A DNA stretch of 38,159 nucleotides from a bacterium (GCA_020061965.1 JAGUXG010000211.1:1-38159), one strand, 5' to 3'; positions 7,991-17,224 are shown, counted from the first letter of the stretch. Notes: a model not told the origin generated them from the letters alone. Made by a program: numbers and translations.

Positions 7991-9672
7991 AGATAACCAT
8001 AGGTCTTTCAAGTTGTGGAATAGCATCAGGTGCAATTGAGATATTGGAGGCTATAAAGGCAAAGTTTTCCTCTGTGGAGGTAAAACATGTTGGTTGTATC
8101 GGGTTTTGCTTTCTTGAGCCTTTGATGGAGATTGATGATGATATGTATGGCAATCTAACCCCAGATAAGGCAATAAAGATAATAGATTGTCATCTCAATA
8201 ACCTTTCCTTGGATGAGCCGCAGATAGACAAAGCCACACTTCTCTCTGTCCAAGAGAGGATAGTCCTTAGAAACTGTGGGATAATAGACCCTGAGTCTAT
8301 TGAGGATTATATTGGCAGGGAAGGGTATCAGGCTCTGGCTAAGGCAAGGGGAATGTCGCCTGATGAGATCATCTCTGAGGTGACAAAATCAGGGCTTCGT
8401 GGTAGGGGTGGTGCTGGTTTTCCAACAGGTCTAAAGTGGAGTTTAGCCAAAAAGCAAGAAGGTTCAAAATATATTATATGTAATGCAGACGAAGGTGACC
8501 CTGGTGCCTTTATGGACAGGAGCGTCCTTGAAGGAGATCCGCATTCTGTTTTAGAAGGAATGGCAATTGGTGGTTTGGCGATGGGAGGAGATATGGGTAT
8601 CGTTTATGTCAGGGCAGAGTATCCATTAGCTATAAAGAGGCTGAAGATAGCCATATCTGCCGCAGAAGATAAGGGTCTTCTCGGTGATTTTAAGATAGTG
8701 ATAAAAGAGGGTGCAGGCGCCTTTGTCTGTGGAGAAGAGACTGCCCTTATTGCTTCAATTGAAGGAAAGCGTGGAATGCCGAGAATAAGACCGCCGTTTC
8801 CCGCAGTATCTGGGCTTTTTGGCAGACCAACCAATATAAACAATGTGGAGACCTGGGCGAATATTCCCTGGATAATCAATGAGGGTGCAGAGGCTTTTGC
8901 TAAGATAGGAACAGAAGGCTCAAAGGGAACAAAGGTCTTCTGCTTAGCCGGGAAGATAGAACAGACAGGGCTTGTTGAGGTGCCTATGGGAATAAGCCTG
9001 AAGGATGTGGTCTTTGGATTGGGTGGCGGGATTAAAAATGGCAAGAGATTCAAGGCTATCCAGATTGGAGGCCCTTCAGGTGGGTGTATCCCTGAGGAGC
9101 TACTCCAGACAAAGGTTGATTATGACTCTTTGACCAAGGTTGGGGCAATAATGGGGTCAGGTGGAATGGTTATAGTAGATGAGACAACCTGTATGGTAGA
9201 TGTTGCCAGGTTCTTTCTCAACTTTACTCAGAATGAGTCCTGTGGCAAGTGCACTTTTTGTCGGATAGGCACAAAGAGGATGTTGGAGATACTCACCAGG
9301 ATTACAGAGGGAAAGGGTGAACCAAAAGATATTGATCTTCTCATAGAGCTTGCCGAGAAGATAAAAGTGGCAAGTCTATGCGGGCTTGGTCAGACCGCTC
9401 CTAACCCTATCCTCACAACTTTAAGATATTTCAGAGATGAATATGAGACTCATATCAAAGAAAAAAGGTGTCCAAGCCTTGCCTGTAGAAATCTTTTGAT
9501 CTATTCTATAGACCAATCCTTATGCACAGGCTGTATGCTCTGTGCTAAAAAGTGCCCTGCACATGCCATATTTGGTGAGAAAAAGATGCCCCACAAGATA
9601 GACTATGAGAAATGCACAAAATGCGGGTTGTGTGCAAGTCTCTGCAAAGAGAATGCCATAAAGGTGAGATGA
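7987..9672 (+). CDS. nuoF: NuoF/HndC-like NAD(P)H-binding flavoprotein subunit with C-terminal 2x[4Fe-4S] ferredoxin domain
   Basis: GRGGAGFPTG FMN/NADH motif, ESCGKCTFCR [4Fe-4S] motif, and C-terminal CTGCMLCAKKCP and CTKCGLCASLC motifs. ATGA overlap with nuoE. Confidence 0.88.
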   Translation: MKITIGLSSCGIASGAIEILEAIKAKFSSVEVKHVGCIGFCFLEPLMEIDDDMYGNLTPDKAIKIIDCHLNNLSLDEPQIDKATLLSVQERIVLRNCGIIDPESIEDYIGREGYQALAKARGMSPDEIISEVTKSGLRGRGGAGFPTGLKWSLAKKQEGSKYIICNADEGDPGAFMDRSVLEGDPHSVLEGMAIGGLAMGGDMGIVYVRAEYPLAIKRLKIAISAAEDKGLLGDFKIVIKEGAGAFVCGEETALIASIEGKRGMPRIRPPFPAVSGLFGRPTNINNVETWANIPWIINEGAEAFAKIGTEGSKGTKVFCLAGKIEQTGLVEVPMGISLKDVVFGLGGGIKNGKRFKAIQIGGPSGGCIPEELLQTKVDYDSLTKVGAIMGSGGMVIVDETTCMVDVARFFLNFTQNESCGKCTFCRIGTKRMLEILTRITEGKGEPKDIDLLIELAEKIKVASLCGLGQTAPNPILTTLRYFRDEYETHIKEKRCPSLACRNLLIYSIDQSLCTGCMLCAKKCPAHAIFGEKKMPHKIDYEKCTKCGLCASLCKENAIKVR

Positions 9673-9678
9673 AAAACA

Positions 9679-9870
9679 GTGAGTGAATTAGTTCCAATTG
9701 AAAGGATAGAAGGCAAAATCTTTTTGATGAGAGGACAGATGGAATTCAAAGGAAAGATTGAGGAGATCGAGAGAAAAAGCGAAAAACACGACCAGCAATT
9801 TAAGGCTGTCTTTGAAGCCATAAAGGCATTGTTAGTCACCCATACTAAGGAGAAGGGTGATTGGGTTTAA
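9679..9870 (+). pseudogene. Internally deleted remnant of an ORF6N-domain (phage/mobile-element associated) gene
   Basis: GTG-start 63-aa ORF. The N-terminus VPIERIEGKIFLMRGQ and the C-terminus KHDQQFKAVFEAIKALL match the two ends of ORF6N-family proteins as remembered. The roughly 100-aa core is absent. Confidence 0.4.
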
Positions 9871-9888
9871 GAAGCCTGAGTGAGACAG

Positions 9889-10560
9889 ATGAAGCCAATA
9901 TTTGTTACTGGAACAGATACTAGTGTAGGAAAGACTGTTATTTGCGGGCTATTGGCAAGGTTTTTGAAAGAGAAAGGAATAGATGTTGTCATTCAAAAGT
10001 GGATTGAAACAGGAGATTCTGATATTGAGCAACACAAGATTCTATCTGGCATAGAGCATCTCAAGTATCTCAAGCATATCCTGCCTTATAAATTTAAGTA
10101 TCCTGCCTCTCCACATCTTGCCTCTAAAATGGAAAAGAGGAAGATTGCCAAAGAGAAGATAAAAAAGAGCTTTCTATTTCTATTGGCCAGATTTGATATG
10201 GTCATAGTTGAAGGAACAGGAGGCGTCCTTGTCCCTTTTAATGGAAAGGAGTTGATGGTAGATATAGTTAAAGATCTTGGACTTTCTGTGCTTATTGTGG
10301 CAAAGAACAGAGTTGGAGCAATAAACCATATGCTTTTGACCCTTGAAGCATTGAAGGCAAGGAATATAGAGGTGTTAGGGATGGTCTTTAATGATGAAGA
10401 AGCAGATGTGGCAATTCTTAACGATAACCCAAAGATAATCAAGGCCCTCTCTAAAATCAAGGTATTTGGAAGGATTCCTCATCTAAAAGACAATAATAAT
10501 CTTTATGAACAATTCAAGCCAATAGGAGCTAAAATATGGAGTTTATTGAGAAAGACCTGA
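9889..10560 (+). CDS. bioD: Dethiobiotin synthetase
   Basis: KPIFVTGTDTSVGKT P-loop and VEGTGG motif. ATG 9889 preferred over GTG 9880. Confidence 0.85.
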   Translation: MKPIFVTGTDTSVGKTVICGLLARFLKEKGIDVVIQKWIETGDSDIEQHKILSGIEHLKYLKHILPYKFKYPASPHLASKMEKRKIAKEKIKKSFLFLLARFDMVIVEGTGGVLVPFNGKELMVDIVKDLGLSVLIVAKNRVGAINHMLLTLEALKARNIEVLGMVFNDEEADVAILNDNPKIIKALSKIKVFGRIPHLKDNNNLYEQFKPIGAKIWSLLRKT

Positions 10561-11873
10561 AGTATATCTGGCATCCTTATACCCAGATGAAGGATGCAGA
10601 AGAGTTGCCGCCAATTCTGATAGAGAGAGCAGAGGGGATAAAGCTCTATGGTGCAAATGGCAAGGTCTATTATGACACCATAGCCAGTTGGTGGTGCAAT
10701 GTGCATGGACACTGCCATCCGAGGATAAAAGAGGCTATCAAAAATCAAGTTGACCAATTGGACCATATCCTCTTTGCTGGATTTACTCATAAACCAGCTA
10801 TTTTGCTGGCTGAAAAGCTGATCTCTATAGCCCCCAAGGGTTTATCAAAGGTCTTCTTTTCTGACAATGGGTCAACCTCTGTTGAGACTGCTCTGAAGCT
10901 CTCCTTTCAATACTGGCATAATATAGGCAGATCTGAGAAAAGAAGGTTTCTCTCCTTAGAGTATGGCTATCACGGAGATACACTCGGTGCTATGGCAGTA
11001 AGCGACCTTGACCCATTTAATAACTGTTTTGAATGGCTCTTTTCTTTGCACTATAAAGCATCTGCACCTTATTGCTATCGCTGTCCAGCAAGGAGGACGA
11101 GACAAACCTGTAATATAGAGTGTATAGGGTTTATTGAGGATATAGTCAAAGCCCATGCTTCCGAAATTTGTGGGATAATATTAGAACCATTAGTCTTTGG
11201 GGCAGGTGGAATGATTGTTTATCCCAAAGAGTACCTTGAAAAAGTGGCTGAGATTGCTACAAGATTTGACCTTCACCTCATTTTGGACGAGGTAGCCACA
11301 GGCTTTGGCAGAACAGGCAAGATGTTTGCCACAGAATATACCCACATTCAACCCAGTTTTCTCTGCGTATCAAAAGGGATTACTGGTGGAGTTTTGCCCC
11401 TTGGTGCAACCTTGACCACAGAGAAGATTTACTCTGCCTTTTATGATGACTATTCAAAGCAAAAGACATTCTATCATGGACATACATATACGGCAAATCC
11501 AATCTCGGTAGCTGCCAGCTTAGCCAGCCTTCAGGTCTTTGAGGAGGAAGGGACCATGGAAAGATGTGCCAGAATTATCCCAATCTTTCACCAAGAATTA
11601 GAAAGGTTTAGGCAACTTCCCATTGTTGGAGATGTTCGGTATATAGGTATGATAGGTGGGTTTGAATTGGTGAAGGATAAAAGCACCAAAGAGCCATTCA
11701 GTGTTGAAGAAAGGATTGGCTATAAGGTTTATAAAGAAGGGTTGAAAAGAGGGCTTATCTTAAGACCATTAGGAAATGTTATCTATCTCTTTCTGCCCCT
11801 GTGTATAAAAGAAGAAGAGATAAAAGAGATTTTGGAGCTGACCTATTCTGTTCTATCAACAATCGTTTCGTAA
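10536..11873 (+). CDS. bioA: Adenosylmethionine-8-amino-7-oxononanoate aminotransferase
   Basis: Class III aminotransferase with DEVATGFGRTGKMFA and the PLP lysine context SKGITGG. The N-terminus DLKYIWHPYTQM is typical of BioA. Overlaps bioD by 25 nt. Confidence 0.9.
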   Translation: MEFIEKDLKYIWHPYTQMKDAEELPPILIERAEGIKLYGANGKVYYDTIASWWCNVHGHCHPRIKEAIKNQVDQLDHILFAGFTHKPAILLAEKLISIAPKGLSKVFFSDNGSTSVETALKLSFQYWHNIGRSEKRRFLSLEYGYHGDTLGAMAVSDLDPFNNCFEWLFSLHYKASAPYCYRCPARRTRQTCNIECIGFIEDIVKAHASEICGIILEPLVFGAGGMIVYPKEYLEKVAEIATRFDLHLILDEVATGFGRTGKMFATEYTHIQPSFLCVSKGITGGVLPLGATLTTEKIYSAFYDDYSKQKTFYHGHTYTANPISVAASLASLQVFEEEGTMERCARIIPIFHQELERFRQLPIVGDVRYIGMIGGFELVKDKSTKEPFSVEERIGYKVYKEGLKRGLILRPLGNVIYLFLPLCIKEEEIKEILELTYSVLSTIVS

Positions 11874-12499
11874 TCTATTGTAATAAAAAGCCTTTTTTGA
11901 AGGTTTTCTATGGCTTTTTGGTCGAAGACTATCTCTTTGTGTGAAAGGACATAATAGGAACATAGGCTCTCAGGCTGGCAGGAATCCATATTGGAGATAT
12001 TGCGGGAGCTTAAGATAAACTCCGGGGTTCTATCTTCTAAGACAAAGAGGGGTTTCTTAAGACCAAGTTTTGAAAGCATCTCTGCCACCTTCTTTGTCTT
12101 TATAGAGGTGATATTTATTGAATCAAGGACTATTATCTTTCCTTCTTTTGCCTTTTGAGATAGGGATGAAATCAAAGCATTGTTCTTAACCTTTTTTGGG
12201 AGGTCTATTCTATAATCCCTCGGACTAGGACCAAAGACCACGCCACCTCCTCTCCATGTAGGTGTTCGCTTGCTTCCAACCCTTGCCCTTCCGGTCCCTT
12301 TTTGGCGCCAGGGCTTCTTTCCAGATCCAGCCACCTCTCCCCTTGTCTTCGCCTTTGCTGTTCCAAGCCTTTGGTTGGCAAGATATGCCTTGCTTGCTTC
12401 ATAAATAGTATTCTTGTTTGGATTTTGAGCGAAGATATTCTCTGTAAGCTCAAAATCCCCTACCTTCTTTCCTTTTATGTTCAAAATATCTATCTTCAT
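11843..12499 (-). CDS. rplD: 50S ribosomal protein L4
   Basis: KPWRQKGTGRARVGSKRTPTWRGGGVVFGP is a hallmark L4 segment. The 3' end runs 31 nt antisense into bioA. Confidence 0.9.
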   Translation of the reverse strand: MKIDILNIKGKKVGDFELTENIFAQNPNKNTIYEASKAYLANQRLGTAKAKTRGEVAGSGKKPWRQKGTGRARVGSKRTPTWRGGGVVFGPSPRDYRIDLPKKVKNNALISSLSQKAKEGKIIVLDSINITSIKTKKVAEMLSKLGLKKPLFVLEDRTPEFILSSRNISNMDSCQPESLCSYYVLSHKEIVFDQKAIENLQKRLFITIDYETIVDRTE

Positions 12500-12524
12500 T
12501 TCATCTTTAAGAACAAAATTTTTG

Positions 12525-13163
12525 CTAGACCTGATTTCTTTTGGTATACTTATCCTTTCTGATACTTACAAGACCATTTGTTGGGCCAGGAACCGCACCT
12601 TCTATAAAGAGCAGGCCTCTATCTTTGTCAATCTTTATCACCTTAAGATTTTTTATCGTCACCATTTTTCCACCCATTCTACCGGGCATTCCTGTATTCT
12701 TCCATACCCTTGATGGATCAGAAGATTGACCGATAGAGCCAACAACTCTTCCAGACATAGAGCCATGTGAAGCAGGCCCTCCAGAAAAGTTGTGCCTTTT
12801 TACAACACCAGTAAAACCTTTTCCTTTTGACTTTGCCGAGACCTTCACCAGTTCCTGTTCAGAGAACATATCAACTCCAAGTTTCTGTCCTATCTCATAG
12901 GAAGAGGTGTCATCAACCCTGAATTCACGAAGGTATTTTTTAGGGGCAATCCCTTGTTTCTTGAAGTAACCCAAAAGAGGTTTATTGGCTTTTTTGCTCC
13001 TTTCATATCCTAATTGAAGAGCAGAGTATCCATTTTTTGTCCTCTCCCTTTTATTTATAATCTCGCAGGATTCACTCTTTATAATGGTCACAGGGATAAC
13101 CTTTCCACCCTTTACAAATATCTGACTCATCCCAAGTTTTCTTCCTAATATTCCTACGGCCAT
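12525..13163 (-). CDS. rplC: 50S ribosomal protein L3
   Basis: GKGFTGVVKRHNFSGGPASHG and WKNTGMPGRMG motifs. Confidence 0.95.
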   Translation of the reverse strand: MAVGILGRKLGMSQIFVKGGKVIPVTIIKSESCEIINKRERTKNGYSALQLGYERSKKANKPLLGYFKKQGIAPKKYLREFRVDDTSSYEIGQKLGVDMFSEQELVKVSAKSKGKGFTGVVKRHNFSGGPASHGSMSGRVVGSIGQSSDPSRVWKNTGMPGRMGGKMVTIKNLKVIKIDKDRGLLFIEGAVPGPTNGLVSIRKDKYTKRNQV

Positions 13164-13164
13164 T

Positions 13165-13476
13165 TTAACTCTTTATCTCCACATCTACTCCAGCCGGAAG
13201 ATTCAGGTCCATAAGGGCAGAGACTGTTTCAACCGTAGGTTCTAAAATATCCAAAAGTCTCTTGTGAACCCGTATCTCAAACTGCTCTCTTGACTTCTTA
13301 TCTATATTTGAAGCACGCAATATGGTATATCTTGCAATTCTTGTGGGAATAGGAATTGGTCCTATACACCTTCCGCCTGTTCTTTTTGCTGTCTCCACAA
13401 TCTCTTTTATAGACTGATCAATAATTCTGTGGTCATATCCTTTAAGTTTTATCCTTATTCTCTCAGAACCAACCAT
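13165..13476 (-). CDS. rpsJ: 30S ribosomal protein S10
   Basis: 103 aa. [16 protein letters not shown]...GPIPIPT...[24 protein letters not shown] matches S10. Confidence 0.95.
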   Translation of the reverse strand: MVGSERIRIKLKGYDHRIIDQSIKEIVETAKRTGGRCIGPIPIPTRIARYTILRASNIDKKSREQFEIRVHKRLLDILEPTVETVSALMDLNLPAGVDVEIKS

Positions 13477-13557
13477 TTTTATCTTCCAACCTCCATTACC
13501 AAATTTATCCTCTTAAAATAATTTCTAAAATCTCCTATTTTTTAGAATAGAAAATGT

Positions 13558-13586
13558 AGTATATCTTACCTGCTATACTTTGTCCA
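13558..13586 (-). promoter_or_regulatory. Sigma70-like promoter TGGACA-N17-TATACT for rpsJ-rplC-rplD
   Basis: On the minus strand, TGGACA is the reverse complement of 13581-13586 and TATACT is the reverse complement of 13558-13563. Confidence 0.5.
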
Positions 13587-13632
13587 CAATTATTTTCTCG
13601 GTGATGTTACTATTTCAACCTAAAAACAACGA

Positions 13633-13661
13633 TGGACAAAATATTTCAAGGGGATTATACT
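13633..13661 (+). promoter_or_regulatory. Sigma70-like promoter TGGACA-N17-TATACT for the radical SAM gene
   Basis: TGGACA at 13633-13638 and TATACT at 13656-13661. It is divergent from the rpsJ promoter about 50 nt away. Confidence 0.5.
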
Positions 13662-13714
13662 TTTACAAATAAAATTCACGGCAATAAAGTTTATGATTTA
13701 AAATAGGAGAAAAA

Positions 13715-15112
13715 ATGAAAAAGATACTTTTTGTGGAACCAATGGGGACATCATCCAATGTATTCAGCAATTTTATGAGGATTCCGCTCCTTGGCCCTGT
13801 CATCCTTGGCACAATAGCCAAAGAGGCAGGCTTTGATGTGACTATCATCAATGAAAATATTATTGGCAGAAGGATACAGGCCAATGAGCTTCTTGACGTT
13901 GATATTCTTGCATTAAGCTGTATCACCGCCACAGTAGATAGGGGCAAGGAGATAGCCAAGGAGTATAAAGCCTTAAGAAGGAATAATGGTCTGGAGGCAA
14001 GGACGATAATTGGTGGCATCCATGCCAGCATGCTTCCAGAGGATGTGGCTCCATATTTTGATCAGGTTGTAGTTGGAGAGGCAGAGAATAGCATTTTGGA
14101 TATTCTTTCAGGAAAGACAAAAGAAAAGATAGTTTATTGCACCAGACCCGAGGATCTGGATAGCGTGCCTATACCAGACTTCAAGCTGATAAAATCTTAC
14201 GAAAGGATACAGAACATTCCAGTAATGACCTCAAGAGGTTGTCCTCATCATTGCAACTTCTGTTCCGTAACAGCAATGTTTGGAAAAAAGTACAGGTCGC
14301 AAAGCGCCGATAGGGTTTTAAGAGAGGTATCAAGGTATAAAAAAGGGACAGTATTCTTTGTTGATGATAACTTCACGGCTAATATGAAGAGGTCAAACGA
14401 GATCTTTGATGGCTTGATCAGCTCAGGGTTTAATAGACCATGGACAGCCCAGGTAAGAACCGAGATAACAAGAAAACCAGAGTTTATAGAAAAGATGAAG
14501 AGTGCAGGTTGTGGTACTGTTTATGTCGGGTTTGAGTCTGTCAACCCAGAGACCCTTAAGACTATGAAGAAGGGCCAGGATGTGGAAGATATAAGACGGT
14601 CTATAGCTGTCTTTCAAAAGCAGAATATCTTAGTGCATGGGATGTTCATCCTTGGAGGCGACTCGGATACAAAGGATGTCTTTAAGATGACCCAGGAGTT
14701 CTGCAGGAAGACAGGATTAGACTATGTTCAGTACGGCATCCTAACCCCAATTCCAGGAAGCGAGGTTTATATCCAGATAGAAAAGGAAGGGAGGTTTCTC
14801 CATAGAAACTGGAGCCTCTATGATGGTTTGCATACAGTCTTTTCTCCAAAGAATATGACGGCAGATGATCTTCAAAATGGGTTGCTGGACTGTTTTTCTG
14901 ATTTCTATTCCTATGCCAATGCTATCAATGATGGCTTAAACCTTGCTTTTGATACTATTAAATCCGCTGTTAAGTCTCTATACACCAAAGCATACTTCCC
15001 ATCCTTGATGCCATTCTTAATGAAGTTTGCAGGAAGAGAGATCATTAAAAGATGGCTTTCAGAGAATGAATCATATCTGGCCTATCTCAAGGAAAGGTCT
15101 CAAACTTTATAG
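13715..15112 (+). CDS. B12-binding-domain radical SAM enzyme (class B), substrate unknown
   Basis: N-terminal Rossmann-like B12-binding region. Radical SAM cluster motif RGCPHHCNFCS. Confidence 0.8.
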   Translation: MKKILFVEPMGTSSNVFSNFMRIPLLGPVILGTIAKEAGFDVTIINENIIGRRIQANELLDVDILALSCITATVDRGKEIAKEYKALRRNNGLEARTIIGGIHASMLPEDVAPYFDQVVVGEAENSILDILSGKTKEKIVYCTRPEDLDSVPIPDFKLIKSYERIQNIPVMTSRGCPHHCNFCSVTAMFGKKYRSQSADRVLREVSRYKKGTVFFVDDNFTANMKRSNEIFDGLISSGFNRPWTAQVRTEITRKPEFIEKMKSAGCGTVYVGFESVNPETLKTMKKGQDVEDIRRSIAVFQKQNILVHGMFILGGDSDTKDVFKMTQEFCRKTGLDYVQYGILTPIPGSEVYIQIEKEGRFLHRNWSLYDGLHTVFSPKNMTADDLQNGLLDCFSDFYSYANAINDGLNLAFDTIKSAVKSLYTKAYFPSLMPFLMKFAGREIIKRWLSENESYLAYLKERSQTL

Positions 15113-15159
15113 GTCTTATATGACTATACATTCAGATTATCTATCCAAAAATTACGACT

Positions 15160-15891
15160 ATGTTAATCATACCAGCCATAGACCTTCGTGAAGGCAAGGT
15201 AGTCAGGCTCAAGAAGGGTGAGTTTTCTGAGCAAACAACTTACTTTGAAGAACCTGTATCTGTTGCCTTAAAGTACCAAGAGCTCGGTGCCAAAATTATT
15301 CATGTAGTTGACTTGGATGGAGCCTTCTTTGGCCAGCCTCAAAATTTAGAAGTGATAGAAGAGATATGCAATAATGTGAGCATTCCTATTCAGATGGGAG
15401 GTGGGCTACGAAACCTTGAGTTGATTGAGAGGGTGATGGATTTTGGAGTTAGTAGAGTTGTTCTTGGAAGCGTGGCTATCATCAAGCCGGAGATATTAGA
15501 AGAGGCTATCGCCAGATTCTCTGCAAAAAGGGTGGTTGTTGGTCTTGATATCAAGGAGGGAAAGATTGCTGTCTCTGGCTGGCAGAAGGTTTCTGACCAC
15601 AAAATAGATGACTTCATAATCCGATTACGAAGGATTGGTCTTGAAGAGATAATCGTGACAGACATTGAAAGGGATGGGATGCTCTCTGGGCCAAACATTC
15701 CACTCTTAGAAGAACTTGCCAAGAAGACAATTGGATTGCGAATAATAGCCTCAGGTGGCGTCTCCTCCTTGCCAGATATAATCTCTCTAAAAAATCTCTC
15801 TAAATATGGCCTTTATGGTGTCATCATCGGCAAGTCGCTCTATGATGGAAAGATAGCCTTGAAGGATGCATTAGATGTGGCTAAGTGGTAA
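15160..15891 (+). CDS. hisA: ProFAR isomerase (histidine biosynthesis)
   Basis: IIPAIDLREGKVVRL, VDLDGA and GGGLR motifs, with a duplicated half-barrel pattern. Confidence 0.9.
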   Translation: MLIIPAIDLREGKVVRLKKGEFSEQTTYFEEPVSVALKYQELGAKIIHVVDLDGAFFGQPQNLEVIEEICNNVSIPIQMGGGLRNLELIERVMDFGVSRVVLGSVAIIKPEILEEAIARFSAKRVVVGLDIKEGKIAVSGWQKVSDHKIDDFIIRLRRIGLEEIIVTDIERDGMLSGPNIPLLEELAKKTIGLRIIASGGVSSLPDIISLKNLSKYGLYGVIIGKSLYDGKIALKDALDVAKW

Positions 15892-16458
15892 ATGAAGATA
15901 TTGGGCATCTTAGGCAGTCCAAGAATAGACGGAAATACAGCTATTCTGCTTGATTATGCCCTTTCCGGAGCAAGGAGTGAACAAGCAGAGGTAGAAAAGG
16001 TTATATTAAGAAAGCTCCATTTCACAGGTTGCCTTGAATGTGAAGATACGCGGGATGATGGAGAGTGCCTTATAAATGATGATATGCGGATGCTTTACAA
16101 GAAGATTAGCAGCTCGGATGTCATCATTTTGGCCTCTCCTATATTTTTTGGCAGTCTATCCAGCCAGACAAAGATGATGATTGATAGATTTCAATGCCTC
16201 TGGCAAGCAAAATACATCAGAAAGACCTATAGACAGGAAAAGAAAAGATTGGGCGGTTTTATCTCGGTTGAAGCAAGCAAGAGGCTGGATTTTTTTGAAA
16301 ATGCTAAGGCAATTGTCAAAAATTTCTTTGCCACAATTGATGTTATTTATAAGGAAGAGTTATTTGTCTCAGGGATTGAAAAGAAAGGTGAAATTCTGGA
16401 ACATAAAGACCATTTAGAAAGAGCATGTGAGATGGGGTATAGGCTTATTAAAGAATAA
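15892..16458 (+). CDS. Flavodoxin-like fold NADPH-dependent FMN reductase / iron-sulfur flavoprotein family
   Basis: MKILGILGSPRIDGNT N-terminus, SPIFFGSLSSQTK, and a Cys cluster CLECEDTRDDGEC. Start abuts the hisA stop. Confidence 0.65.
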   Translation: MKILGILGSPRIDGNTAILLDYALSGARSEQAEVEKVILRKLHFTGCLECEDTRDDGECLINDDMRMLYKKISSSDVIILASPIFFGSLSSQTKMMIDRFQCLWQAKYIRKTYRQEKKRLGGFISVEASKRLDFFENAKAIVKNFFATIDVIYKEELFVSGIEKKGEILEHKDHLERACEMGYRLIKE

Positions 16459-16459
16459 T

Positions 16460-17224
16460 ATGAGCAACCAAGAAGTAGTCATCTTAAAGATACGGGATGC
16501 TGAAGTAGAGAAAAGGGTTGATCTTGTGGCAAAGGAAGAACCCATTTCTATTAAGGTAAATGGAAAGAGGATAGCTACTTTAATGGCTACACCTATTGAT
16601 TTAAGAGAGTTGGCTTATGGATTCTTGTATTCTTTGGGTTTGATAAAACAGGCAGAGGATATCTTGTCTATCTCTATCTCTGGCTCTGAAGTGGAGATAA
16701 CAGCAGGGTTAATCAAAGATTTTTCATCGGATGAAGAGGTTCTCACCTCTGGCTGCGGAAAAGGAGTGGTTATTCTGGGCTATCTCCTTGGTAAGATAGA
16801 CTCTAATCTTGTTATATCCACTGAGGCAATTCTCCTTTTGATGGATGAGTTCCAGCTAAAATCTACTGGGTATAAGACCACAGGCGGAGTTCATTCAGCA
16901 GGTATCTCGGATCTCTTGCAGATTCTGGATTTTAAGGAGGACATCGGCAGGCATAATGCTATAGACAAGGTTATAGGCAGCTTTCTTTTGCAAAGGCTCT
17001 CCTTGAAAGACAAGATAATGTTGACCTCAGGTCGCATCACCTCTGAGGTGGTTGTGAAGTGTGTCCGAGCAGAAATACCCATCCTTATCTCAAGGTCATC
17101 TCCAACAGATATGGCCATCACCCTTGCTGAGCAATCAGGCTTAACCCTGGTTGGATTTGCTCGCAAAAAGAGGATAAATCTCTATACTCACACTGAAAGG
17201 ATTATATATATTATACCCAAGTAA
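16460..17224 (+). CDS. fdhD: Formate dehydrogenase accessory sulfurtransferase FdhD
   Basis: SGCGKG active-site loop, TGGVHSAG, GRHNAIDK and SRSSPT motifs. ATG 16460 chosen, immediately after the upstream stop. Confidence 0.85.
   Translation: MSNQEVVILKIRDAEVEKRVDLVAKEEPISIKVNGKRIATLMATPIDLRELAYGFLYSLGLIKQAEDILSISISGSEVEITAGLIKDFSSDEEVLTSGCGKGVVILGYLLGKIDSNLVISTEAILLLMDEFQLKSTGYKTTGGVHSAGISDLLQILDFKEDIGRHNAIDKVIGSFLLQRLSLKDKIMLTSGRITSEVVVKCVRAEIPILISRSSPTDMAITLAEQSGLTLVGFARKKRINLYTHTERIIYIIPK

Noticed and set aside
8604-9053. 149-aa minus-strand ORF inside nuoF, and 10086-10460 inside bioD
   Set aside because: Both are antisense to genes with unambiguous motifs.
7538-9672. Calling the NuoE/NuoF-like pair a complex I fragment or a hydrogenase operon
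   Set aside because: No other nuo genes and no hydrogenase or FDH catalytic subunit are present in the window. Only the diaphorase-type module can be supported.
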